Origin: Eledone cirrhosa
Taxonomy: Eukaryota
NCBI GenBank assembly: GCA_964016885.1
Contig: OZ024742.1
Location: forward strand, 356,996,001-357,060,000
Direction: 5' to 3'
DNA: 64,000 nt
In this document: piece by piece, positions 41,363 to 52,299 of the stretch
Numbering within the stretch: position 1 is the stretch's first letter
Layout: every line of letters starts with the position of its first letter
Notes under the pieces: model-generated
Databases searched by the model: none
The model's input: only the letters and a program-made list of their open reading frames with translations
What the model was told of the DNA's origin: nothing
Translations under genes and position numbers: made by a program

Positions 41363-41550
41363 GGTTTCTGATTCAGGCACAAGGCCAACAATTTTAGGGA
41401 AGAGGAAAATTGATTAAATCGACCCGAGTATGTTATTGGACCTTTTATGATCTGAGTTCAAATCTCAGCAGGATTTGAACTCAGATCATAAAAGGTCATA
41501 ACTTTATGCCACAAAGCATGTTGTCCGTTGTTCCACCGATACTGCCAACA
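41363..41550 (-). mobile_element. SINE family 2 copy with an internal palindrome
   Basis: The SINE tail and head are present, but the central domain is replaced by a 26-bp inverted copy (41439-41464). Confidence 0.75.
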
Positions 41551-42644
41551 CATAAAATATTGAAAGTTAAGAAGATGCATTGGAATAGCCATTCCAACTT
41601 GCAGGCTTCAGTCTTGCAGGTAGACACCCCATCCCAATAGCAGCAATTAGAGGGGTGTTTCAAGGACCAAAAATACCAGCAGTTTCCACAACTACAGGTT
41701 CAATAACAAACCTATCAGCCAATTACACTTACTTTAGTTCTTATTTCTTATTTTCTCATAATTTTACATGCTACATTACTGAAATTCCTGGTGGGGTGGC
41801 ATTTAATATAAGTTTTCTACATTTTGTAGATCATAAAACTTGTGTAATGTTATTCTTTAAATTCTAATCTACACTTTATCAAAAGTTTTCTAATGTCATG
41901 TATCACTTATTTCACATCATATCTACCAACTACAGATCACCTATTCACAATATATTTGCAGTATACTAACATGTTATTTAATCTAATCTTGTATGTTTTC
42001 TTTATCATATCCATTATTATATATTATGAATATTTTTGAACTCATATTTTAGATATTGAATATTGAATGTGCTATGAGTTTAGATTTTATTGAATGAATT
42101 GCTTTGGGCTATAACAAGACACATTAAAGATTGAAGCCATATACGAAAGTCTATGAAATTTAATCAGTCAGAACAGCATCAGTTCAAATGAAGTAGGTGA
42201 TACTGCTGCAATTATTCATTTGAAAGACTTAAGATCTATGAATGTATTTGAAAATAAAATTATATATCGTTGATAAACTGAATTAATAAAAGACCAAACA
42301 TTTTCAAAAAGCTGGTATATTGCTGTAGAAAAATACAAAGGGCAATTGATAAGAAATAAAACAAAACAATGTGATGTTTTACCCAATATATTTCAGGGCA
42401 ATGACACTCTTTTCAAAGCTGAAACATTTCAAAACAAAAATAAACAATTGATGTGTTCTTCCTTAACTATCCTTATGAGTCTGAAATATGTGTGTATGAT
42501 GCATTTCTGATATATTATTTATCTGTGTTTTTATGTTTTTAATTCTTAAATTGTTTATATTCCTTTCTGTCACCTCTATGATAACCTCAATGCCTTGGCT
42601 ATGGCATCTGTGAAGATGTTTTTAAATTATTATCTTTATTATAA

Positions 42645-42843
42645 TGGTTTCTGATTTAGGCACAAAGCCAACAATTTGGGGAGAAGGGAAAGTCAATAAA
42701 ATTAACACCAGCACATTATGGTATTGTATTAACCCTGTAAGGATTAAAGGCAAAGTTAACCTTGGTGGGATTTGAACTCAGAAGTAAAAGGACGTAACTA
42801 TATGCTGCAAATTATGTCTTCTGATGCGCTACCAATTCTGCTA
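42645..42843 (-). mobile_element. SINE family 2, diverged copy
   Basis: Contains GGCAAAGTTAACCTTGGTGGGATTTGAACTCAG and related family blocks. Confidence 0.75.
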
Positions 42844-43087
42844 ATAATGCCTACAATTACACTGCGTTTCAAATTACTAACAATGTAAAACCTTTTTTAT
42901 TTCATTTAAAAACCACTTGTTGATATTCAACGAAATTTCCACAGAAAGATGGCAACCGTTATATGCATGGAGTGTGTAAAATACATGAGGTTTTGTGCAA
43001 GTGTAAACAAACCGCGACCATTTGTATGATTTCCACGAACTTTCAGTGTTCCAAATTATTAACAAGTGATCTGATAATCGTGTAATT

Positions 43088-44038
43088 ATGGGTCATAAAT
43101 GTGATTTAACAGCTTCAGAGAAATCTGTTATTACTTCTGATCTTGCAAGAAGTAAATCAACATTAGAAATATCTAAAATAATTGGAAGATGTCACCAAAC
43201 TGTGTAAAGAATTGTTACAACCCCTACTAAGATACATAAGAGAGCTGACAAGGGTCAGTCGAGGGCTGTTTCTCAATGTTCTCTGTTATGAATTAAGTGT
43301 GAGGCTGTAGAGAACCCATGTCTTACAAGTGGAGAACCTTTCAAGTACATTGGTGTAACAACTGTATCCAGATCTACCCGATGTCATCTTCTGAAAAATG
43401 TCCGTAAACCATTGACATCAGTTAAAAGATCTCCTTTAAACAAAATACACAAAAGCGTCTGAAATGGGCAGAAGATAACATGAAGGTCGACTTTTCAAAA
43501 GTTTGTTCAATAGACGAAACTTATGCTACCCTTGAAGGACCTGATGGTTGGAGCTAGGGGTGGACAAGATTGTCATTAACGCTTGAGACGCCAACAAAGG
43601 GGAGGAGGCAACATCATTTGGGTAGGTATTATTGTCGGTCCTTAGAAAGTGCCTGACGGTGTTAAAATGACAGAGGATGCTTACATAGCCTTTCTGAGGG
43701 AGCACCTTGAACCATGGTTATTCATGCAAATAATGCACCCTCACACCAAGTGAAGAAAACTACAGAGTATCTGCAACAGTTAGGCTTCTGTGGACTTTGG
43801 AAGATGAAGGGACCTGCCTGTTCCTCCAACTTAAACCCAATAGAAAACTTGTGGAGTATCTAAAGCGACATGTTTATGAGAATGGACACCAATTTATGAG
43901 CAAGGATGAACTGTGGCAGGCAATAGTGGATGTATCTTGTTGTATAACATCATAGAAGAGCCAGAAATTAACATGTGCCATGGACCACCACCTTTTCTCT
44001 AACTTATTTCAAACAAAGGCTCATATACCGCCTACTAA
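43088..44038 (+). pseudogene. disrupted Tc1-like transposase (DD37E)
   Basis: N-terminus MGHKCDLTASEKSVI..STLEISKIIGR, then DETYATLEGPDGW and RRQQRGGG. From FMQ[D]NAPSH there are 37 residues to the E of LNPIENLW. Multiple stops and frameshifts are present. Confidence 0.85.
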
Positions 44039-45398
44039 CCAGCTTATATATCCCCTACTAACCAGCTCATATACCCCCTACTAACCAGCATATATACCCC
44101 CTACTAACCAGCTCACATATCCCCTACTAACCAGCTCATATATCCCCTACTAACCAGATCATATACCCCCTTCTAACCAGCTCATATACTCCCTACTAAC
44201 CAGCTCACATACCCCCTACTAACCTCATCTATCCCCTACTAACCAGCTTACATATCCCCTACTAACCAGCTCATATATCCCATACTAACCAGCTCATATA
44301 CCCCCTACTAACCTCATATATCCCCTACTAACCAGTTCATATACCTCCTACTAACCTCATATATCCCCTACTAACCAGCTCATATACCCCCTACTAACCT
44401 CATATATTCCCTACTAACCTCATATATCCCCTTCTAACCCCCTACTAACTTCATATATCCCCTACTAACCTCATGTATCCCCTTCTAACCCCCTAATAAC
44501 TTCATATATCTACTAACCATATACCCCCTACTAACCTCATATATCCCCTACTAACCTCATATATCCCCTTCTAACCCCCTACTAACCTCATATATCCCCT
44601 ACTAACCTCATATATCCCCTACTAACCTCATATATCCCCTTCTAACCCCCTACTAACTTCATATATCCCCTACTAACCTTATATATCCCCTTCTAACCCT
44701 CTACTAACTTCATATACCCCCTACTAACCTTCTACTAACTTCATATACCCTCTACTAACCATATACCCCCTACTAACCAGCTCATATATCCCCTTCTAAC
44801 CCCCTACTAACTTCATATACCCCCTACTAACCATATACCCCTACTAACGATATATCCCCTACTAACGATATACCCTACTAACCAGCTCATATATCCCTTC
44901 TAACCCCCTACTAACTTCATATACCCTCTACTAACCTCATATACCCCCTACTAACAATATACCCCCTACTAATTTCATATATCCCCTACTAACCTCATAT
45001 ATCCCCTACTAACCAGCTCGTATATCCCCTTCTAAACTCCTACTAACCAACTCGTATATCCCCTTCTAAACCCCTACTAACCATATACCCCTACTAACCT
45101 CATATATCCCCTTCTAACCCCCTACTAACCATATACCCCCTGCTAACCTCGTATATCCCCTTCTAAACCCCTACTAACCATATACCCCCTACTAACCTCA
45201 TATATCCCCTTCTAACCCCCTACTAACCATATACCCCCTGCTAACCTCGTATATCCCCTTCTAACCCCCTACTAACCATATACCCCCTGCTAACCTCGTA
45301 TATCCCCTTCTAAACCGCTACTAACCATATACCCCCTACTAACCTCATATATCCCCTTCTAACCCCCTACTAACCTCACATACCCCCTACCAACCAGC
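44019..45398. repeat. C-rich minisatellite of about 20-23 bp, inside the transposon
   Basis: Unit GCTCATATA(T/C)CCCCTACTAACCA, with shortened derivatives such as CCCCTACTAACCTCATATAT and CCCCTTCTAA. Confidence 0.93.
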
Positions 45399-45727
45399 CT
45401 ATGTTTATTTCTGTATGTGTTCACTTCAGTACATCAAACAATTAAATTGGTATTTTATTGTTTACGTGAGTTTTAATTACACCTCGATAATAATTTGAAA
45501 CAGCGGAAGTTTACATAAATTTAGTAAACGACCATAGCTTCAGCATTCTTTACAAACCCCACGCATATAACTGTTACCATTCTGTGAAAGTTTTGTTGAA
45601 TTCCAACATGTAGTTTTTAAATCCAATAAAAATAGGTTACATTGCTAATAATTTGAAATGTGTGTACATTAGGTTTAATTCTATCTGAGTAAGACTGTTT
45701 CTTTCATGTTAATAAAGAAAAAAGTAG

Positions 45728-45905
45728 ATTGGCAGTAGAGGGTCGGAGGCCATGCTTAGCAGCAAAGAATTTCAGCCCTTTATGGTCTGAGTTCAAATCC
45801 GCCGAGATTAACTTTGGCTTTCATCCTTACAGGGTCGATAAAATTAAGTACCAGTAATACACTAGGATAATTGTTGGCCTTGTGCCAAAAGTAGAAACAA
45901 TTATT
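45728..45905 (+). mobile_element. SINE family 2 copy
   Basis: Runs from GGCAGTAGAGGGTCGG through GAGTTCAAATCC to GGCCTTGTGCCAAAAGTAGAAACAATTAT. Confidence 0.82.
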
Positions 45906-45995
45906 TAAAAAAAGAATATGGTATAATATGGATGGCTCATGGCAAGTGTGTGTTAGTGTGCTCCAATGTGTGTGAGAATGTGTGTGCATGTTTAA

Positions 45996-46352
45996 CCCTT
46001 TGCCATATCCGGCCAGATTTGTCTCACCTCTTTCAGTTCAAACCAATTGTAACCAGCCACTCATATTCATGTTAAGGTATTATTCTCAAAATAAATAATT
46101 ATTTCTACTATTGGCAGAAGGCCAGCAATTATCCCAGTACATTACTGGTACTTTATTTTATCGACCTTGTAAGGATGAAAGGCAAAGTTAACCTCGCCGG
46201 GATTTTTTTTGCCTTCCATTCTCAGGTATTATTCTCAAAATAAATAATATCAAAATCTTATAGATTTGATATTATGTGAGATAATTATGTGAGGTAAAGC
46301 CTTTGCCGTAAACATATAATAGTATATATAAATTGATTTAAATGATAAAGGG
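45996..46352 (+). mobile_element. piggyBac-like MITE interrupted by a SINE fragment
   Basis: TTAA-CCCTTT at the start and AAAGGG-TTAA at the end. The insert at 46100-46223 is flanked by a 25-bp duplication. Confidence 0.78.
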
Positions 46353-46420
46353 TTAAGACACCATATTCCTCTTGACATTACCACCTACTTCATATTTTAT
46401 ATAATTTCTGTAGCAATATT

Positions 46421-46601
46421 TGTGTCTACTTTAGGCACAAGGCCAGCAATTACCCAGTTCATTACTGGTACTTTATTTTATCGACCCCGTAAGGATGAAA
46501 GGCAAAGTTAACCTCGGCCGGATTTGAACTCAGATTGTAAAGGGACGTAACTATGCTGGAAAGCATGTCTGACCCTCTACCGATACTGCCAATCCACCGC
46601 C
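46421..46601 (-). mobile_element. SINE family 2, full-length
   Basis: 18-bp TSD AATTTCTGTAG(C/T)AATATT. Confidence 0.9.
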
Positions 46602-46773
46602 AATTTCTGTAGTAATATTAAAGCCCAGTTAAGGCTGATTATAGTTGTGTTCCCATCTCTAGCAAACTGGGTTAGTAAACTAGCAGTTGTTAGAAAATAG
46701 AATGTAATGTCATGTAGGAATTGTTCTGCTCTTTACTTTCTGAGTTCAAATCTTGATGTGGTTTACTTGAATT

Positions 46774-47750
46774 GTACATGTGGTGGTACATGTGGTGGTA
46801 TATGGTAGTGATATATGTGGTGGTACATGTGGTGATATATGTGGTGGTACATGTGGTGGTATATGGTGGTGATATATGTGGTGGTACATGTGGTGATATA
46901 TGTGGTGGTACATGTGGTGGTGTATGTAGTGGTGTATGTGGTGGTACATGTGGTGGTACATGTGGTGGTACATGTAGTGGTATATGGTGGTGGTACATAT
47001 GGCGGTACATGGTGGTGGTATATGGTGGTGGTATATGTGGTGGTACATGTGGTGGCACATGTGGTGGTATATATGGTGGTATATGTGGTGCTATATGTGG
47101 TGGTATATGGTGGTGGTACATGTGGTGGTATATGTGATGGTACATGTGGTGCTATATGTGTTGGTACATGTGGTATATGGTGATATATGGTGATGGTATA
47201 TGGTGGTGGTATATGTGGTGGTACATGTGGTGGTACATGTGGTGATATATGTGGTGAGATATGGTGGTTTTATATGTGGTGGCATATATGGTGGTACATG
47301 TGGTGGTATATGTGGTGTTATATGTGGTGGTACATGCGGTGGTATATGGTGGTGGTATATGTTGGTGGTACATATGGTGGTGGTATATAGTGGTGGTACA
47401 TGGGGTGGTACATGTGGTGGTACATGTGGTGGTACATGTGGTGGTACATGTGGTGGTATATGGTGATGGTACATGTGGTGGTACATGTGGTGGTATATGT
47501 GGTGGTACATATGGTGGTATATGTGGTGGTACATGTGGTGGTACATGTGGTGGTATATGTGGTGGTAAATGTGGTTGTATATGTGGTGGTAAATGTGGTG
47601 ATATATGTGGTGGTATACGGTGGTGGTATATGTAGTGGCATATGTGTTGGAATATGTTGTGGTACATGTGGTGGTATATGTGGTGGTACATGTGGTGGTA
47701 CATGTGGTGATACATGTGGTGGTACATGTGGTGGTATATGTGGTGGTATA
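46774..47750. repeat. 12-bp minisatellite (TGTGGTGGTA(C/T)A) with 15-bp variants
   Basis: Seen directly. It accounts for all the overlapping HH/PP/GG/WW ORFs here. Confidence 0.95.
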
Positions 47751-47986
47751 CTTAATCTACTGCCAGGTTTAACATAACCATCTAGCTCCCATCTGATTTT
47801 ATAGATGTCCACACTGTTCTGTGAGGGTATCCCTGCCATCCACCAGTCCTGCAGGCTCTGAAAATGGTAATAGGTACTGAGCTTTTCTGCTGACTCAAAC
47901 AGAACAAACAACAACAAAATGCCAAAACCTTGAGAGCTTCTATATCACTTTTGATAGATATAATATAGTTTGTTTTCCTATATAAT

Positions 47987-48167
47987 TGTTTCTACTTTTG
48001 GCACAAGGCCAGCAATTGTCCAGTGTATTACTGGTACTTTATTTTATCGACCCCGTAAGGATGTAAGGCAAAGTTAACCTCAGCGGGATTTGAACTCAGA
48101 TCGTAAAGGGACGTAACTACGCTGAAAAGCATGTCTGACCCTCTACCAATACTGCCAATTCACAGCC
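47987..48167 (-). mobile_element. SINE family 2, full-length
   Basis: 15-bp TSD GTTTTCCTATATAAT. Confidence 0.9.
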
Positions 48168-48480
48168 GTTTTCCTATATAATGATGAAAATTACAGTGTT
48201 CAGTGCTCAGGTGCACTACAACTCATCAAAGGTACATGTATAGTAGATAGAATAATGTACAAAAGTCAGAAAAGTGAAGTGTATGAGTCATGCTATACAC
48301 ACAGTCACATGCACACACACACACACATATATATATATATACAATATAATATATTAATAAATGGAAACTATATTTATAAAACCATATTTATTTTATTATA
48401 CATATTTCAAGGGCAACCAAGGCAAATTATGGTGTGCTTTCATCAGATAAAATACAGATTAGTTTTATAAATAAATATCG

Positions 48481-48855
48481 ACAAATGAGATCGTGTAGGT
48501 GTCACGACAAAAAACACACAGTCCACGCTGTAAATGTGGCTGTGTAGGCAACACGGTAAAAACCTCCCAGCCCCACACTGTAAATGTGGTTGGTGTTAGG
48601 AAGGGCATCCAGCTGTAGAAAACCCGCCAGACAGTCCACGCTGTAATGTGGCCGTGTAGGCAACACAGTAAAAACCTCCCAACCCCACACTGTAAATGTG
48701 GTTGGTGTTAGGAAGGGCATCCAACTGTAGAAAACCCGCCAGACAGTCCTATGCGAGCAAGACAACCACTCTTGCCTCAAGTGAGAAAACGCCCGTCCAA
48801 ACCCATGCAAGCGTGGAACACGGACGCTAAACCTGATGATGATGATGATGATGAT
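48481..48855 (+). mobile_element. solo RTE 3' UTR module with an internal 113-bp duplication
   Basis: A direct repeat of 51877-52137, ending in (GAT)n. Confidence 0.88.
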
Positions 48856-48941
48856 TGACATACCTGGAAAAAAGACAGCCTTAACGACCTTAATTTTTAA
48901 GCTTTTTGAATCCCAACAAATTAAATATAACCTCTACATAT

Positions 48942-51746
48942 ATAATAGATGTAAATAGAGTGAACGACAGAATAATTAAAATAAGACTTGTTCTCAATAG
49001 AACTACGGTGACAGTAATATCTGCGTACGCACCCCAATCCGGACTGCCCAGCACTATAAAAGACAGATTCTATGAGACACTGATGCTCACTACCTCCCAA
49101 ATAACCGACAGTGACTATATAATTATTGCAGGCAACCTAAATGGTCACGTTGGACAACATTGTGATGGCTACGACAAAATCCATGGAGGCTATGGGTTTG
49201 GTACTAGAAATGAGGAAGGCTCCAGAATCCTGGAATTCTGTGACGCAAATAACCTAACTATCTGTAACACTAACTTCAAAAAACGTGACAATCACCTGAT
49301 CACCTATAGATCCGGGTAACACACAAGCCAGGTAGATTATATCCTTACCAGAAGACGTGACAGAGTGTCTGTTGTAAACACTAAATCCCTCCCCCATGAA
49401 GAATGCACCTCCCAACATAGACTGATAATTAGCGACCTCATAGTCAGGACAAGACGTACTCGACAGCAGAAGAGGACTATCCTCAGGAGAAAAATATGGA
49501 AGCTAAAGGACCCCACAGCCAGAAATAAATTCCAAAGCATATTACTTGATGCTTTCGACAGTAAGGAAGAGCATTTAGAGTCGGACAATATAGAGGGACA
49601 GTGGGAATTCCTGAAAGCAAACCTGCTGATGGCGGCAGACGGAGTCTGTGGCTGGAGCAGGCCTGTAGGCAGGAGGAGAGTAACATGGTGGTGGAACAGT
49701 AAGGTGGAGGGGTCAATTAAGGCCAAAAAGCAGGCTTGGAAAGTATGGCGGGATGGGGGAAGTAGAGAAGACTATCAAGTGGCCAGGAGGGAAGCTAGGA
49801 GACAAGTGTACTTCGCAAGAAGGGAAGCAGAGGAAAGAAAGTTCAAGCATGTTCTACAACGCGAGGACCAAAAACGTGAGGTGTTCAGGATTGCTAGGCA
49901 ATGTGTCAAGGAAAACCGTGATATTGTCGGGGAGAAGTGTGTACTTAATGATGACGGCGTACTTGCCATCACCGACGCTGATAAGAAGGTAGCTTGGAAG
50001 TGTCACTATGAAAGGCTACTAAATGAGGAGAATAAATGGGAGAAAGACAGTCTCCCCCACATCGACCCAATAGAGGGACCAGCAGTGTTAATCGAGGGTA
50101 GTATAATAAGTAAGGCAATCAAGGATATGAAGACGGGTAAGGCGGCTGGGCCTTCGGAAATAGTTGCTGAGATGCTGAAGGCATCTGGCACGGTGGGACA
50201 CACCATGGTCACCTGGATAGTTAACCAAGTCGTACAGAATGGGGTTGTTCCGAAGGACTGGCATAGCAGCATCATCGTTAACTGTTATAAGGGTAAAGGA
50301 GATGCCCTAGATAGGAGTAACTATAGAGGCATTAAATTAATCGACCAGGTCATGAAGGTCACGGAAAAAGTAATAGCGCAACTAATCAGAGAGAGAATTG
50401 ACCTAGATGAAATGCAGTTCGGGTTTGTGTCAGGCAAAAGTACCACAGACGCTCTTTTCATTGTACGACAACTACAGGAGAAGTACCTAGCTAAAAGTAA
50501 ACCCCTCTACTTAGCTTTTGTCGACTTGGAGAAAGCCTTCGACAGAGTCCCCCGTTCCATTATCTGGTGGGCCCTTAGAAAACTAGGTGTCGACGAATGG
50601 CTTGTGAGAGCTATACAAGCCATGTATAAAGAAACAGTCAGCAAGGTTAGAATGAACAACGAATATAGTGAAGAGTTTAGCGTAAAAGTTGGCGTCCATC
50701 AGGGCTCTGTTCTCAGCCCCCTACTATTTATTATTGCCCTTCAGGCTATAACAGAGGAGTTCAAGACTGGCTGCCCATGGGAACTCCTATACGCAGACGA
50801 CCTAACACTCATAGCTGAATCAATGGCCGAGCTAGAGAAGAAATTCCAAACATGGAAGCACGGCCTAGAATCAAAAGGCCTTAAAATTAATCTGGCTAAG
50901 ACCAAAGTTCTAGTTTGTAGGAAAGAAAATAAGGCGCCGGTCCCTTCCGGGAAGTGGCCATGCTCAGTGTGTAGGAAAGGCGTAGGTAGAAACTCCATTT
51001 TGTGTCAGAAATGAAAAGTATGGGTGCATAAAAGATGTAGTGGGATCACAGGTAAGCTAACTAAGAACATAGATTTCACATGTGGCCGGTGCTCTGGTGC
51101 AATAAGTAGCAGCAAGTGCCCACAAAATACTAGCTCTTTCAACTGCGCAGAGGGCTCTATAGAAATAGTTGACAGCTTCCGTTACCTGGATGACAAAGTC
51201 AGCAGTGGGGGAGGGTGCTCTGAAAGTACAGTAGCTAGAGTCAGAACTGGATGTAAAAAGTTCAGAGAGCTTATACCACTATTAGCCGCTAAACGGTTCT
51301 CCATAAAAACGAAAGGCAGGTTGTATGATGCCTGCATACGAACAGCAATGTTGCATGGCAGTGAGACCTGGGCATTGTGTGCAGAGGATATACGCAGACT
51401 AGAGAGGAACGAAGCTTGCATGCTCCGCTGGATGTGTAATAGTAATATACATGAACGGCAAAGCATAAACGAACTAAGGAAAAAATTAGAAATAAGAGGG
51501 ATCAGATGTTGTTTACTCGAGAGAAGGCTACGTTGGTATGGACACGTGATGCGCATGAAAGTCGATAGCTGTATAACAAAGTGCAGGGCAATAAAGATAG
51601 ACGGTAGCCACGGAATAGGCAGACCTAGAAAAACCTGGGACGAGCTGATAAACTCCGACCTCACACACTTACACCTCTCCAAGACAATGTCACTGGACCG
51701 AAACCTTTGGCGGTACTCAGTAATAGTGAAGACCCGCCTTACCTAA
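48942..51746 (+). pseudogene. RTE LINE ORF: APE endonuclease, reverse transcriptase and PHD-like finger, with two in-frame stops
   Basis: ORFs 48906, 49365 and 51024 share one frame, split by TAA at 49317-49319 and TGA at 51012-51014. Motifs present: ISAYAPQ, AGNLNGHVG, SQVDYIL, SQHRL, NYRGIKL, QFGF, FVDLEKAFDRV, GVHQGSVLSPLLF, YADD (50790-50801), RRLRWYGHV and GRPRKTW. Confidence 0.93.
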
Positions 51747-52133
51747 ATACATAGTAAAACCTACTACAGTCAGTAGGCATCTCTAACAAAATACACCCCC
51801 GTCCCACCACCCCCACCCCATCCACACCGCCCCCTTCTATGTAAAGTTATGTTGGTGTCACACCATCCAGGCCGAAACAAATGAGATCGTGTAGGTGTCA
51901 CGACAAAAAAACACACAGTCCACGCTGTAATGTGGCCGTGTAGGCAACACGGTAAAAACCTCCCAGACCCACACTGTAAATGTGGTTGGTGTTAGGAAGG
52001 GCATCCAACTGTAGAAAACCTGCCAGACAGTCCTATGCGAGCAAGACAATCACTCTTGCCTCAAGTGGGAAAACCGCCGTCCAAACCCATGCAGGCGTGG
52101 AACACGGACGTTAAACATTGATGATGATGATGA

Positions 52134-52137
<4 letters not shown>
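48942..52137 (+). mobile_element. 5'-truncated RTE-clade LINE
   Basis: One reading frame covers endonuclease and RT, followed by a 3' UTR of about 390 bp and a (GAT)n tail. Confidence 0.95.
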
Positions 52138-52176
<39 letters not shown>

Positions 52177-52299
52177 GTTATCAGGTGTAGTGTTGGCAAA
52201 TTTTGAAATTTTGGGTAGCATGTAAGTTTTGAAAGATGCAGTGTCTCGACAGCTAACACCTGATGCAGGTAGTTTATTACATCAATATATATATATATT

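Larger units (their letters stand above)
42860..45664 (+). mobile_element. Tc1-like DD37E transposon with long IR/DR terminal inverted repeats
   Basis: TA flanks both ends. The imperfect TIRs of about 200 bp (42860-43068 and 45480-45664) each carry two GTT(T/C)CAAATTA(C/T)TA-like direct repeats. It encloses a transposase remnant and a minisatellite. Confidence 0.85.

Noticed and set aside
46690-47917. His/Pro-rich or Gly/Cys-rich (keratin-associated-like) protein ORFs
   Set aside because: ORFs are open in nearly all frames on both strands because of a 12-bp repeat. There are no unique coding flanks or splice evidence.
48481-52137. LTR retrotransposon
   Set aside because: The direct repeats lack TG...CA ends, a primer-binding site and a polypurine tract, and they end in (GAT)n. 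The ORF is an APE-RT non-LTR type with no gag, protease or integrase.
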